Assembly (NCBI GenBank): GCA_964016885.1
Contig: OZ024747.1
Coordinates: 21,514,001 to 21,578,000 of the forward strand
Reading direction: 5' to 3'
Length of the DNA stretch: 64,000 bases
Source of the DNA: Eledone cirrhosa
Lineage: Eukaryota
The translations under genes and the position numbers were made by a program. Positions 42,266-54,879 of this stretch are shown one piece after another (the stretch's first letter is position 1; the number at the start of each line of letters is the position of its first letter). Under the pieces are notes generated by a model. The model saw only the letters and a list, made by a program, of their open reading frames with translations, did no database searches and was not told the DNA's origin.

Positions 42266-43015
42266 ACGCCTGTCTCTATCCCCGTTTGATTGTCAAAATA
42301 GATATTAACATTCTTTATTAGTCTTAATTCTATCAACTCTTCTATTATTTACCTTTTAATACAAACTGCTATAGATAAAATGAGATTTCTGATTTCTTGA
42401 TTCAATTCCCTAATGCATATACCAGCTGGCTACTAGCATTGATGTTATTTAGTAGCAATCGAAATCTCCCCCTTTCCCCAATTGACACTTTATAATTAAT
42501 ACTACTGCACCAAATGACCAGCCCTGTCCACTGTCCAGTTGGTCAAGTAGAGATTAAAATTGGCACTCCCAAAATTCTTATTTAGATTTACTCATGGTAT
42601 TCTCATTAGAAACCCATTATATACTTGTTTAGCAGTAAATTAATTTACCATCTGTCATATACTATCCCCTCTGTTCCTTCCTCCTTTACTAATATAAATA
42701 CTTCAATTTTTCTGATTTTATCCAATTTATCCAAAATCTCTGAAGAAGTGACAACTGATTATACATTTGCTATCGAATACTTGCTAACATTATATGATTA
42801 CGCAAGCAGCGATACATAGGTATTCGGTCTGTTACAGAAACATATGTCAATACCTAATAAATTCCTTTTTTAACAAAAGCACTTTCATTTTATATTCATC
42901 CTTTCTACATTTTCTCCGGAATATAATTTATACTCGTTGAGCAAACCTGCACGTACGCTGTTCATCTCTAACGTAACGATATATTATCACTACATTATTG
43001 ATAACCTGAAATTTT
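42266..43015 (+). mobile_element. 3' UTR, pLTR and tail of the Penelope-like element
   Basis: Follows the ORF stop, contains a hammerhead-like core at 42740-42848, ends in (TA)n. Confidence 0.6.
42740..42848 (+). ncRNA. Hammerhead-like core with ~90 nt stem II region; stem I not formed
   Basis: CTGAAGA A GTGACA ... TGTTAC A GAAAC ATAT GTC. Confidence 0.5.
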
Positions 43016-43042
43016 ATATATATATATATATAGGTGTGTGTG

Positions 43043-43128
<86 letters not shown>

Positions 43129-43165
43129 CATATAGAAGTAGTTCCACAACAGTTAGTTCACCATA

Positions 43166-43206
43166 CCGAGAACAAATGTTTCCCCTTATTCGGATCCTCA
43201 GCTCTG
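43166..43206 (-). ncRNA. Minimal type I hammerhead, family H copy 1
   Basis: Minus strand GAG CTGAGGA T CC GAATAA GG G GAAAC ATTT GTT / CTC. Confidence 0.65.
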
Positions 43207-43354
43207 TCTAAAGGAAGTTGTACGGAAAAGGAAAAACAACTGTACGAATATGTATGTGCACGCATGTGTGAGTGTGCATATATATATACATATATATATA
43301 TATGCGTGTGTGTGTATATACACACACACACACATATATATAATATATATTTAA

Positions 43355-43700
43355 AATTTGGTTAGTAATACACATTACATCTCAATGAAGAATATTGCTC
43401 AGAATATAACTGAGAGGAGCTTATAATTACAAATATAGAACTACCTCAAATAAGGCTCAAATTTTATTGAAGGGAAGATCGCAGTAAAGTACTTTAATAT
43501 AAAGAAAACTCACTAGTGTTTACCCAGAGGCAAACAAATTCTTGTCAATGAATTCGTTAAACCCTAAGGATTTAGGTTGCTTGACAAAAATTTTTGTCTC
43601 TGGGGATACAATTGTGAGTTTTCTTTATTTTAAAGTACTTTACTGCGATCTTCCCTTTAGTAAATTAATCAATTCTGAGCCTTATTTGTTCTATATTTGT
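43355..43700. mobile_element. Older diverged foldback element (arms ~43428-43548 / 43580-43700) with ~75 nt tail
   Basis: AAGGGAAGATCGCAGTAAAGTACTTTAA inverted as TTAAAGTACTTTACTGCGATCTTCCCTT; TA flanks. Confidence 0.7.
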
Positions 43701-43707
43701 ATATATA

Positions 43708-43744
<37 letters not shown>

Positions 43745-43931
43745 GTTTCTACTTTTGGCACAAGGCCAGCAATTACCCAGTGTATCACTGGTACTTTATT
43801 ATATATATATATATATAATATAATATATATATAATAGTAGAACACTGGTGGGTTACATTCGTAGTACTAGAACACTCAGTCCATGGGACAAGTTTGGTAG
43901 AAGTAGTTCTACAACAGTTAGTTCACCATTA

Positions 43932-43972
43932 CCAAGAACAACTGTTTCGCCTTATTCGGATCATCAGCTCGG
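43932..43972 (-). ncRNA. Minimal type I hammerhead, family H copy 2, inside foldback element 43833-44000
   Basis: Minus strand CCGAG CTGATGA T CC GAATAA GG C GAAAC AGTT GTT / CTTGG; 5-bp stem I. Confidence 0.75.
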
Positions 43973-46900
43973 TTTAAAACTAGCTGTTGTGGAACTACTT
44001 ATATATATATCATCATTTCATCATCATTTTTTTTTTTTACGTCCGCTTTTCCCTGCTTGCAAGGGTGGATGGAAACTGATTCTGGCTTGATTTCTACAGC
44101 TGGATGCCCTTCCTAACACCAACCTCATTTACAGTGAGTGCTGGGTGCTTATTTGCCGTGGCACCTCCACAACCACTCTACAATGGAATGATAGGGAGCC
44201 CAGTCCCTATCATCTCATTTCTACAGCTGAGTAAACTGGAGCAATGTGAAATAAACAACACATCAAGGAAACAACACATCACCTGGTCTGAGAATTGAAC
44301 TCACAACCTTTCGATTACAAGCCCAATGCTCTAACCACTGAGCCATGTGCCTCCATATATATATACATATATATTTCTCATTTACTTCATCCTAAAAACA
44401 AAACATTGATAAATCATAATCTATTGGAGTGCAATAACAACACCCTATTCAACAACAAAGCCATTTTAATTGTTGATGACAGCAATAAATAGCCTGAGTT
44501 ATGCAATACACCGTCATGGAAACCCTTTCATCAATTATGGGCAAACTGCAATCCATTTGGCTTTCTACATGACATGCCTAATAAAAAATTACATTGAAAT
44601 TTTTAGTAGTGTAGCATGCCTCATAGTGAGCTATATCTCATGTAGCTTACTGCTCAAAAAAGTTTGCCCCTGCTTGTTCTACAGGTTCAATTGATCTGAG
44701 CTTCAAGAAATAGCAGCCAAATTTCGTTCAAATTACACCCTACCAGAGTAGTTTCCCTAAATTTTCACTGTCAAAGACTTTGTTCACTGAAATGAATTTT
44801 CACAAGGACTATTCCCCTCAGGCTTTTGAAAGGTGTGTCTGTTCAAGCTCACAGACCCACAGTACTACAATACTGCAATATCTCTGCAGACCCACCCAGC
44901 ACTACTTTGCCGACTCCCAGTACTACTACTATAGACATCTAACACTACTTCTGAAGACTCCTCAGCACTGCTATTTCTGTACTATTTCTGCTGACCTCTG
45001 CTCCAAGGTTTGTAAACTGTAAGTTAGGAATTTCTGCCCTACTGTCACAGGAAAGAACATGTTGGATAGTTGTGTCATGGGTTCTCTGACCACAGGAGAA
45101 AAAAACAGCTGGAAAGGTTTTGGCCATAGGTCTACCAAATCAGAGCTGCACTGAACTGAGGCAACAACAATTTTTAAAAAAACCTTTGAAACAATGAATT
45201 AGCCTCTACCTAGTTGTTAAACCTGCTGAAAATAGTAGCCAAACCTCCCACAAATCCCACATTTTTTTCTTCTTCCAAGATGTATTGAATAATATAGTCT
45301 GAGATAAACTAAGTAAAAAGGTATGTTGACCATAGACGAAATATCTTTTGCTTGTAGAGCTACAAAAAGGATACCAGCAAATCTCAAATTCACCAAGGTG
45401 TTATCAATGTAAAATATTATAAGAATGGTAAAGAAGTGCTCAGGTGTTTCATTATACTTTTGAAAATTCTAAGGAATTTACCAAAATGATGCTCCTCACC
45501 AAAACAAATAAATTATCTTTCACAAATTTTTATCAAAAGTTATAAAATAAGTCTGATTTCCTTTTTATATTGTTACTTTCTTTCTTTGGCTCATTGGAGT
45601 TTCTTATAAAACTTTGTATTTCTTTTGAAAGTCTTGAAAAAGAATACAGGTGACTAATTAGCTCCTTAAAATAGCTAAAGTTGTCTAATAATCTGGAAAG
45701 TGGCTAATTATCGTTTTTAAAAAAAGCTGAATATTGTTAATTAGTTTTTTAACAACAAGTTGGTTAATTTTTTAGTATTTTTAAAAGGCAGTCAGTGGCA
45801 GATACCTTTCTATAGAAAAACAAAATGGTTGATATCTTTAATTAATCATTAACTCTCACAGATTTAAACAAATGAAATATAAATTATATAGATTTGATTT
45901 CTAATTTTAAGCACAAAGCCAACAAATTAGGAGAAAAAGCAAAATTGATTAAATCAGCCTTAGCACTTGACAAGAATTTTTTTTTATCAACCCCTGGAAT
46001 GATAAAGAGCAAAGTTGACCACAGCAAGATTTGAACACAGAATGTAAGCAACTAGAAGAAATATTGAGGGGGGGGGGGGGGAGTAGATTGGGCTATTGAG
46101 AGTTAAGTGTCTTGACCATGGACACAAACGAGCACAAATACACACACACACTTAAACACACACACAAGCGCACACACAAGCACACACACACATTCAAACA
46201 TACACACACAAGCAGATACACACATTAATGTATTTTCTCTACCTGAACACTCTAGTTAACAACTCTGTCAATTTGCTGCCTTACAATAGTTCCACTCATT
46301 GTCTTATAGTCTTGAAATAAATATCTCTGATGCCAGAAACATGAGTCACCATTTCTCCTTCACAGCAAATAATGTTGTTACTGTCAGTAGGCACCTCTAA
46401 CAAAATACACCCCCCCACCCCCCACCCCACCCGTCTCACTACCCCCTACCCATCCACACCACCCCCTTAAATGTGAAGTTATGTTGGTACCACAACATCC
46501 AGTCCGAAACAAATGAGGTCGTGTAGGTGTCACGACAAAAAAAACACACAGTCCACGTGGTAATGTGGCCGTGTAGGTAACACGGTAAAAACCTCCCAGT
46601 TCCACACTGTATATGTGGTTGGTGTTAGGAAGGGCATCCAGCCATAGAAAACCCGCCAGACAGTCCTATACGAGCAGGACAACAAATCTTGCCTCAAGTT
46701 GGAAAACTTCCGTCCAAACCCATGCAAGCGTGGAAGATGGACGTTAAATGATGATGATGATGATGATGATGTTTAGCCTCATTTCAGCTATGGTCAACGA
46801 AACACACCTATGGTTGTTCCATTGCTTTCATTTCAGGCATCATGTATCATTTTTACATTATAATGAGTAGAATTAGTGGAACAGCTCCCATTAACTTCTC

Positions 46901-47008
46901 AAATGGCTTGACAACTATTTCACTGACAAAATTCGTATTTCAGTAGCTAATTAATTCTGTTCAGCAATGGATGAACATACACACACTCTCTCTCTCTTTC
47001 TCTCTCTT

Positions 47009-47065
<57 letters not shown>

Positions 47066-47211
47066 ATACTTTGGGAGGGTCATGTTGCCAATAAGAAACA
47101 CACGCACCAGTTGCTTTCACTTCAATTTATTATAATAAATTTATAAATTTAGGAATTTACAAATTTCCGGTTGGTTGGTTGGTTCCACAACCAGATGGTT
47201 GTTTATATATT

Positions 47212-47254
47212 GTCAAAGTTCTTTCATCACACATTCTGTGAGCTCTTCAGTGAC
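47212..47254 (-). ncRNA. Minimal type I hammerhead in TA-flanked element 47061-47370
   Basis: Minus strand GTCA CTGAAGA GC TCACA GAATG TGTGA T GAAA G AA C TT / TGAC. Confidence 0.65.
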
Positions 47255-47656
47255 TGGGGATTCTTTTCTTTGTTTTTTGTGCCTCTCCTTTGTTCTGTCC
47301 TACGCCATCTTGTTTTTGTGTGTGACACACAATTATTATAGGGTGTTATAATAAACATCCGCTAAACTGATACGTACATATATATATATGTGTACCTGTA
47401 TGTATATATATATATATATATATATGCATGCTACTGTACGTCTGTATACATATATGTATGTACGTATACATACATACTTACATTTAAGTAAGTGCCGTAC
47501 TAAGAGTGAGAAATGAAATTTCGTTTCATTCTATTACAACTTATATATATATAAATATATATATATAATATATATAAATATATATATATAATATATATAA
47601 ATATATATATATATATAATATATATAAATATATATATATATAATATATATAAATAT

Positions 47657-47693
<37 letters not shown>

Positions 47694-47709
47694 ATATATA
47701 TAAATATAT

Positions 47710-47742
<33 letters not shown>

Positions 47743-47765
47743 ATATATATATATATATAATATAT

Positions 47766-47814
<49 letters not shown>

Positions 47815-48242
47815 TATATATATAGATATATATATATATAAATATATATATATGTAATATATATAAATATATATATATAATATATATAAATATATATATA
47901 TATAATATATATATATATATATAATATATATGAAAAACAAGGGGAAGAAGAATACTGCATGGTTGCACATGGATTACATATTATAAAATTAGTCCCTCAT
48001 CAGTGATTTTGCCAACCATCATTGGTATTTCATCGCATTAAAAATCAGATACCTCAGGTTGGTGCGAGCAATAACTAAAATAAGCTACTGGGACAAGTGA
48101 AACGCATAAAGCGAGTGAGACAAGTAAACAACAAAAGGAAAAGCAAACCGAAGGTTGGAAAACAGCAAGCCACATGGTAGTTATCCGATCAGCATAAGCT
48201 GGGTGAATTTCATGAGCGGTCAGAGAAGCAGACCGTACGCCG

Positions 48243-48326
<84 letters not shown>

Positions 48327-48534
48327 TATATAATATATAATATATATATATATATAATATATATATATATATAATATATAATATATATATATATATAATA
48401 TATATATATATATATAATATATATATATATATAATATATAATATATATATATATATAATATATAATATATATATATAATATATATATATATATAATATAT
48501 AATATATAATATATATATATATAATATATAATAT

Positions 48535-48629
<95 letters not shown>

Positions 48630-48751
48630 GAGGTGAGTTTTATTGTAGTACAATAAAGCAATGCAGATATCAGATAAGAAGCACTCTACAGTTTGTAGGA
48701 CTGGAGTATAAATAATATATAAGATCAAAAGATGGTTAAAAGAGTTCCATG

Positions 48752-48822
48752 TATTTTATTATGCGCATTTCAAAAACAAATATCATCATGCAATAACATT
48801 TGCGTTTTCGTCAGATAAAATA
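48752..48822 (-). ncRNA. Type I hammerhead, family F, minus strand
   Basis: TATTTTAT CTGACGA [stem II] GAAA T GCGC A TA / ATAAAATA; 8-bp stem I, palindromic loop III. Confidence 0.85.
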
Positions 48823-48948
48823 GGGAGACATGATATGAAGGTTAAAACACACTTGTGAATAGTGCAGTTTTAAATCAACATATCAGGATATGTTGATTTA
48901 AAACTGCACTATTCACAAGTGTGTTTTAACCTTCATATCACGTCTCCC

Positions 48949-49019
48949 TATTTTATCTGACGAAAATGCAAATGTTATTGCATGATGATATTTGTTTTTG
49001 AAATGTGCATAATAAAATA
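48949..49019 (+). ncRNA. Type I hammerhead, family F, plus strand
   Basis: TATTTTAT CTGACGA AAATGCAAATGTTA..TGATATTTGTTTTT GAAA T GTGC A TA / ATAAAATA. Confidence 0.8.
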
Positions 49020-49095
49020 CATGGAACTCTTTTAACAATCTTTGATCTTATATATTATATATATATATATATATAATATATAATATATATATATA

Positions 49096-49210
<115 letters not shown>

Positions 49211-49279
49211 ATATATATATATATAATATATAATATATATATATATATATATATAATATATAATATATATATATATATA

Positions 49280-49347
<68 letters not shown>

Positions 49348-49349
<2 letters not shown>

Positions 49350-51115
49350 CTGATGAATGTGGAGAACGAATGGGAGAGAGAGAAATTACCCTTAGTAGAT
49401 CCGACAGAGGGACCAGCTATTGAGATTGACGAATATAGGGTCCAAGAGGCGATTAGGGAAATGAAAAATGGTAAGGCTGCTGGACCATTGGGAATAGTTG
49501 CTGAGATGCTGAAGGCATCAGGGGACGTAGGCACCAAACTGGTTGCATGCATCATCAATCAGGCTATATATGGTGGTGTCATACCCAAAGACTGGTGCAG
49601 CAGTATTCTCATAAATTGCTACAAAGGTAAAGGGGATGCTCTGGAGAGGAGCAACTATAGGGGTATAAAACTGATGGATCAGGTTATGAAAGTGGCAGAA
49701 AGGATATTAGCACAACTAATTAGAGAAAGGGTCAAACTATATGAGATGCAGTTTGGTTTTGTACCTGGGAAGAGTACAACAGATGCCCTCTTCTTGGTGA
49801 GACAAATGCAAGAGAGGTTCTTAGAGAAAAATAAGCCACTATACTTAGCCTTTGTTGACCTAGAGAAGGCCTTTGATAGGGTACCCCGATCTGTCATCTG
49901 GTGATCCCTAAGGAAGCTAGGTGTTGAGGAATGGCTTGTGAGGACAGTGCAAACTTTGTGCAGAGGTACTGTCAGTAAAGTCAGGGTAGGAATGGAGTTC
50001 AGTGAGGAATTCCAGATACAAGTAGGAGTACATCAAGGTTCGGTCCTCAGCCTGCTCTTGTTCATTATAGTCCTCCAAGCCATTAAGAGGAGTTTAAGAC
50101 TGGCTGTCCATAGGAACTTCTCTATGCTGACGATCTGGTTCTTATAGCAGAATCAGTAGAGGCGCTAGAGAATAAGTTCTGGCTATGGAAACAGCAGTTG
50201 GAAGCAAGAGGACTGAGAGTGAACCTAGCTAAGACAAAAGTGTTGATGAGTAGAAAAGAGGACAAAACCCTGATTCTGTCAGGGAAATGGCCATGTTTGA
50301 TATGCAGAAAAGGAACTGGCATAAATTCTATAAAATGCACACAATGCAGATCCTGGGTACACAAGAGATGTAGCGGGATAGCAGGCAAACTAACAGGTAG
50401 GGAGAAATATGTATGCAGTAGATGTACAGGGAAATTAGACAGTAGAAGTCACATTGATAGACACATTTTTCAGATGCAGGAGGCGCTATAGAAGTGGTGG
50501 ATAGCTTCCGGTACCTAGGAGATCAGATTAGCATGGGAGGAGGGTGTTCCGAGGCCATAGTATCTAGAATAAGGACGGGTTGGAAGAAGTTTAGGGAGCT
50601 GCTTCCTCTGTTGACGAAGAAGGGTTTCTCCCTGCGTACGAAAGGCCTGTTGTATGATGCCTGTGTGAGGAGCGCGATGCTGCATGGTAGTGAGACATGG
50701 CAGCTACTGCAGAGGATATGCGACGGCTGGAGAGAAATGAGGCAAGCATGCTCCGTTGGATGTGCAGTGTATATGTGCTTGAACAACCCAGCATAAATGT
50801 GTTGAGAGAGAAACTGTGTCTGAGAGGGATAGAATGTAGTGTACGGGAGAGGAGACTGAGGTGGTATGGACATGTGATGCGCATGGAGGATGACCGATGG
50901 GTGAAGAAGTGCCAGGAAATGCCAGTTGAAGGAAGACGTGGTAGAGGTAGACCATGAAAAACATGGGCGGAGGTGGTGAGAACAGACCTCAGATCATTGA
51001 AGCTCACGGTGGAGATGATGAAGGACCGTGACGAGTGGAGAGATGCTGTGCTGAATAAGACCCGTCCCACCCTTGCAAGCAGGAAAAAGCGGACGTAAAA
51101 TGATGATGATGATGA
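49348..51115 (+). pseudogene. 5'-truncated RTE-clade LINE with disrupted reverse transcriptase ORF
   Basis: RT motifs NYRGIKL, QFGFVPGKSTTDA, AFVDLEKAFDRV, GVHQGSVLS, LYADDLVL (50119-50142), FRYLG; internal Cys-rich PHD-like stretch; stop at 49902 and frameshifts; (ATG)n tail. Confidence 0.95.
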
Positions 51116-51155
51116 TATATATATATAATATATATATATATAATATATATATATA

Positions 51156-51222
<67 letters not shown>

Positions 51223-51304
51223 TATAATATATATATATAATATATATATATATAATATATATATAATATATAAATATATATATATATATATATAATATAT
51301 ATAT

Positions 51305-51349
<45 letters not shown>

Positions 51350-51435
51350 ATATTATATATTTATATATATATTATATATATATATTATATATTATATATA
51401 TATATATATATTATATATTATATATATATATATAT

Positions 51436-51469
<34 letters not shown>

Positions 51470-51477
51470 ATATATAT

Positions 51478-51522
<45 letters not shown>

Positions 51523-52034
51523 TATATATTTATATATATTATATATATATATATATATTATATATTATATATTTATATATAATATATTACCCAATTACAC
51601 CTCTCAAAGGCGATGACACACGACCGTGACCTCTGGCGTCACGCAGTAATACAGAGTACCCGACCTCCCATGGGTACAAGCTGAAGCATATAGACAATAT
51701 GCCCCCACACCCTCCCACTGCAAGGTGGTCGTGGAGGTGCCACGGCAAAAAAGCACCCAGCCCACACTGTAAAGTGGACGTGTAGGTGCCACGAAAAAGC
51801 ACCCAGCACTCACTGTAAATGAGGTTGGTGTTAGGAAGGGCATCCAGCTGTAGAAATCAAGCCAAATCAGTTCCTGTATGAGCAAGGCATGGTCAGCCAA
51901 CCAGACACTGCCCACAACAGGACAACCCGTTTAACCCATGCTAGCGTGGAAGAACAGACGTAAAACGGTGATGATGATGATGATATATATATTTATATAT
52001 ATTATATATATATATTTTATATATATATATATAT

Positions 52035-52095
<61 letters not shown>

Positions 52096-52528
52096 GTCCA
52101 AACCCATGCAAGCGTGGAAGATGGACGTTAAACGATGATGATGATTATATATATATATAATATCATCATCATTCATTTCATCATTTTATTTTACGTCCAC
52201 TTTTCCCTGCTTGCAAGGGTGGGACGGGAACTGATTCTGGCTTGATTTCTACAGCTGGATGCCCTTCCTAACACCAACCTTATTTACAGTGAGTGCTGGC
52301 ACCTCCACGACCACTTTGCAGTGGAATGATAGGGACCCCAGTCCCTATCATCTCATTTCTACAGCTGAGTAAACTGGAGCAATGTGAAATAAAGTGAATT
52401 GAACTCACAACCTTTCGATTGCAAGGCCAATGTTCTAACCACTAAGCCATATATATATATATTTATATATATATATTATAATGAAATGACAGGAGGCTGG
52501 ATTTGTGTAAATCCTTGAAAGGTTTATT

Positions 52529-52586
52529 ATACTATGATCATTTCAATGACCGGGTTCCGTATGAAGCCGGTGATATCATCAGGTAT
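52529..52586 (-). ncRNA. Type I hammerhead, minus strand
   Basis: ATAC CTGATGA T ATCACCGG CTTC ATAC GGAA CCCGGTCAT T GAAA T GATC A TA / GTAT. Confidence 0.8.
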
Positions 52587-52785
52587 TCGAAATATAATAC
52601 ATGAATGTAATAGATAAAATCCATGGGGCTGAAAATCGTAGTGTTAAGGATAAGTAAAAAGATGGAGAGAGAGAGAGAAACGATTTACTAATATAAACAA
52701 ACCACTATCCTGATGTCTTCCAAAAGTAACGGTCGCATTTTGAAAGGGTACGTCAATGTTTATTTATAAAACTAGTATATATTGT

Positions 52786-52848
52786 ATTTTGTCTGATGAA
52801 GGCATACCATAATTTAACTTGGTATCCTTGAAATATGTATAATGAAAT
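52786..52848 (+). ncRNA. Type I hammerhead, plus strand
   Basis: ATTTTGT CTGATGA AGGCATACCA TAATTTAACT TGGTATCCT T GAAA T ATGT A TA / ATGAAAT; 7-bp stem I with two G-U pairs. Confidence 0.8.
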
Positions 52849-53579
52849 AAATATGGTTTTATAAATATAGTTTCCATTTGTTAATATCGTATATCTACTC
52901 CAAATACTTGTCGAGTGCTTTATATCAGTTATAAAAATATTTACTTGTTGTATCCCAACAATTTAAATAGAACTTTTGCATATATATATATATATATATA
53001 TCATAAAACATGTCTATAGAATCACCAGATAAAATATATACCATTTCCTCTCCAAATTAGCATAATTAACCATATAAAAAATCGAATAGACCAGGCTCTA
53101 AGAATAAGGCTTCTATGAAGAAATCTCCAACAAATTACCGAAACCAGCCCTTTGCGCCGGCTGCAACGGAATATTTATCGAATATTTCGACAGCGTAATC
53201 GCCTAGATATACAGTCAATTAAACAGAATTATGTGTAAAATAAACTAGGAGAAAAGAGAATACATTTATATATATATATATATATAATGGTAAACGGAAA
53301 AGAGAATGCTGACAAATTGTTCACAGTGAAAAATAGTTTAATTAGGAATAAGTGAGAATTAGTAATAGTATTGGTTAGTATTCAGTTTTGGTTTTAAGTT
53401 TTACCGGTTGCGCATTTCTAATGCTTTTCAAAAATAATTTTGAGATAGAGCGTCCGTGATGTTTGCTCTAATATATATATATATATATTGAACAATATAT
53501 ATTGTAGTCGCATATGTAGACAATGTATAATAGACACAGAAACATTTGTCAAAGCAAATAAATTCATAATCTCTTCACG

Positions 53580-53932
53580 CCAACGTTTTATTTTTCTGCG
53601 CATATATTCCGTGATGACGTCCCTCACGCCGGACTTCTGTCTGATGACTTCGCTCCTGATGTGCTCTCTCAACGAGATTCCTAACATTGATCTCTCCATG
53701 GCCCTTTGAGCCGTTACCAGCCTCTGCTCTTCTCTCTTCGTTGTAGACCAAATTTCACTGCCATATAACATTGCAGGTAAAACTGTGCTATTGAAGAGGT
53801 TGGCGCGGGTGGTCTTGTCCAACCCCCTCCCCCCTTGAGCACATCCCTTATGCCGTTGAACGCCTTCTATCTGGACCTTACTCTCCGCCAGATCTCCCTC
53901 TCAATGTCTCGGCGCATGTTCACTTCTTGTCC
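53580..53932 (-). mobile_element. RTE LINE fragment from a different lineage (RTE-1-like C-terminal region)
   Basis: LFNSTVLPAMLYGSEIWSTTKREEQRLVTAQRAMERSMLGISLREHIRSEVIRQKSGVRDVI. Confidence 0.85.
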
Positions 53933-54099
53933 ACCTCTTCTATTTCATTACCGCCAATCATGTCACCTGGTTCATACTTCAGTATGCAGATTGGAGCACT
54001 CGACGAAGTACGCAGGTTGGTTTGTTTACTCCGGAGTAATGTAAAATAATTAAGTCAAATATATAAAATTTGGCTTCGTTTATTACAAATTATAGATAT

Positions 54100-54154
54100 A
54101 CTGCTATATATATTTCGGTGACAGCCATCATTGGCTGTGACCTCTTCAGGCAGT
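54100..54154 (-). ncRNA. Type I hammerhead, minus strand
   Basis: Exact reverse complement of 54192-54246. Confidence 0.85.
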
Positions 54155-54191
54155 CCGAATTGGTGTGGGAAAGACAGGTACATGAATTCGG

Positions 54192-54246
54192 ACTGCCTGA
54201 AGAGGTCACAGCCAATGATGGCTGTCACCGAAATATATATAGCAGT
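54192..54246 (+). ncRNA. Type I hammerhead, plus strand
   Basis: ACTGC CTGAAGA GGT C ACAGCCA ATGA TGGCTGT C ACC GAAA T ATAT A TA / GCAGT. Confidence 0.88.
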
Positions 54247-54297
54247 ATATCTATAATTTGTAATAAACGAAGCCAAATTTTACATATTTGACTTAAT

Positions 54298-54341
<44 letters not shown>

Positions 54342-54348
<7 letters not shown>

Positions 54349-54879
54349 TAAAAAAATAATGAATAAAACAATGAAACAGTTCCTTATATTAAACAAAAAA
54401 AGTTCATTATTTAACGATCGTTTCTAGGACATATATGTGTTAGAATTGGCATGCATATTCAACAGATCTATGTACAAAATTATACAAAATTATACAAACT
54501 ATCAAATAGAATATACATACCAACACATACATATGCCGTCTTCAGAAATAATGAAGACGGCATATGTATGTGTTGGTATGTATATTCTATTTGATAGTTT
54601 GTATAATTTTGTATAATTTTGTACATAGATCTGTTGAATATGCATGCCAATTCTAACACATATATGTCCTAGAAACGATCGTTAAATAATGAACTTTTTT
54701 TGTTTAATATAAGGAACTGTTTCATTGTTTTATTCATTATTTTTTTAATATTTTATCTTGACTCTGTTTTCCGTTTATCTTTCACCGAAAGTGATTTTTG
54801 AATGCATCTCTTCTTTCCATGATATCCGGATTACATTGAGTTCTTCATACGGATTGGACACTACCGTAAACTCTTGGTA

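Larger units (their letters stand above)
48626..49058. mobile_element. Foldback Penelope-like end, family F copy 1 (~170 bp arms, centre 48885, ~87 nt tail on the left)
   Basis: Near-perfect inverted repeat 48712-48884 / 48887-49058; matches 54912-55310 in opposite orientation. Confidence 0.85.
53935..54304. mobile_element. Foldback Penelope-like end (arms 54042-54161 / 54185-54304, ~100 nt tail on the left)
   Basis: 120-bp near-perfect inverted repeat; explains the mirror-image ORFs 54055-54276(-) and 54070-54291(+). Confidence 0.85.

Noticed and set aside
46495-46525. CCGAAACAAATGAGGTC as a hammerhead 3' half
   Set aside because: No 5' core, and GTC is not conserved in the 16093-16592 copy
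53110-53170. TGAAGA..CCGAAAC-CAGCC..GGCTG hammerhead-like string
   Set aside because: First core C and NUH are missing and stem II is weak; at best a decayed remnant
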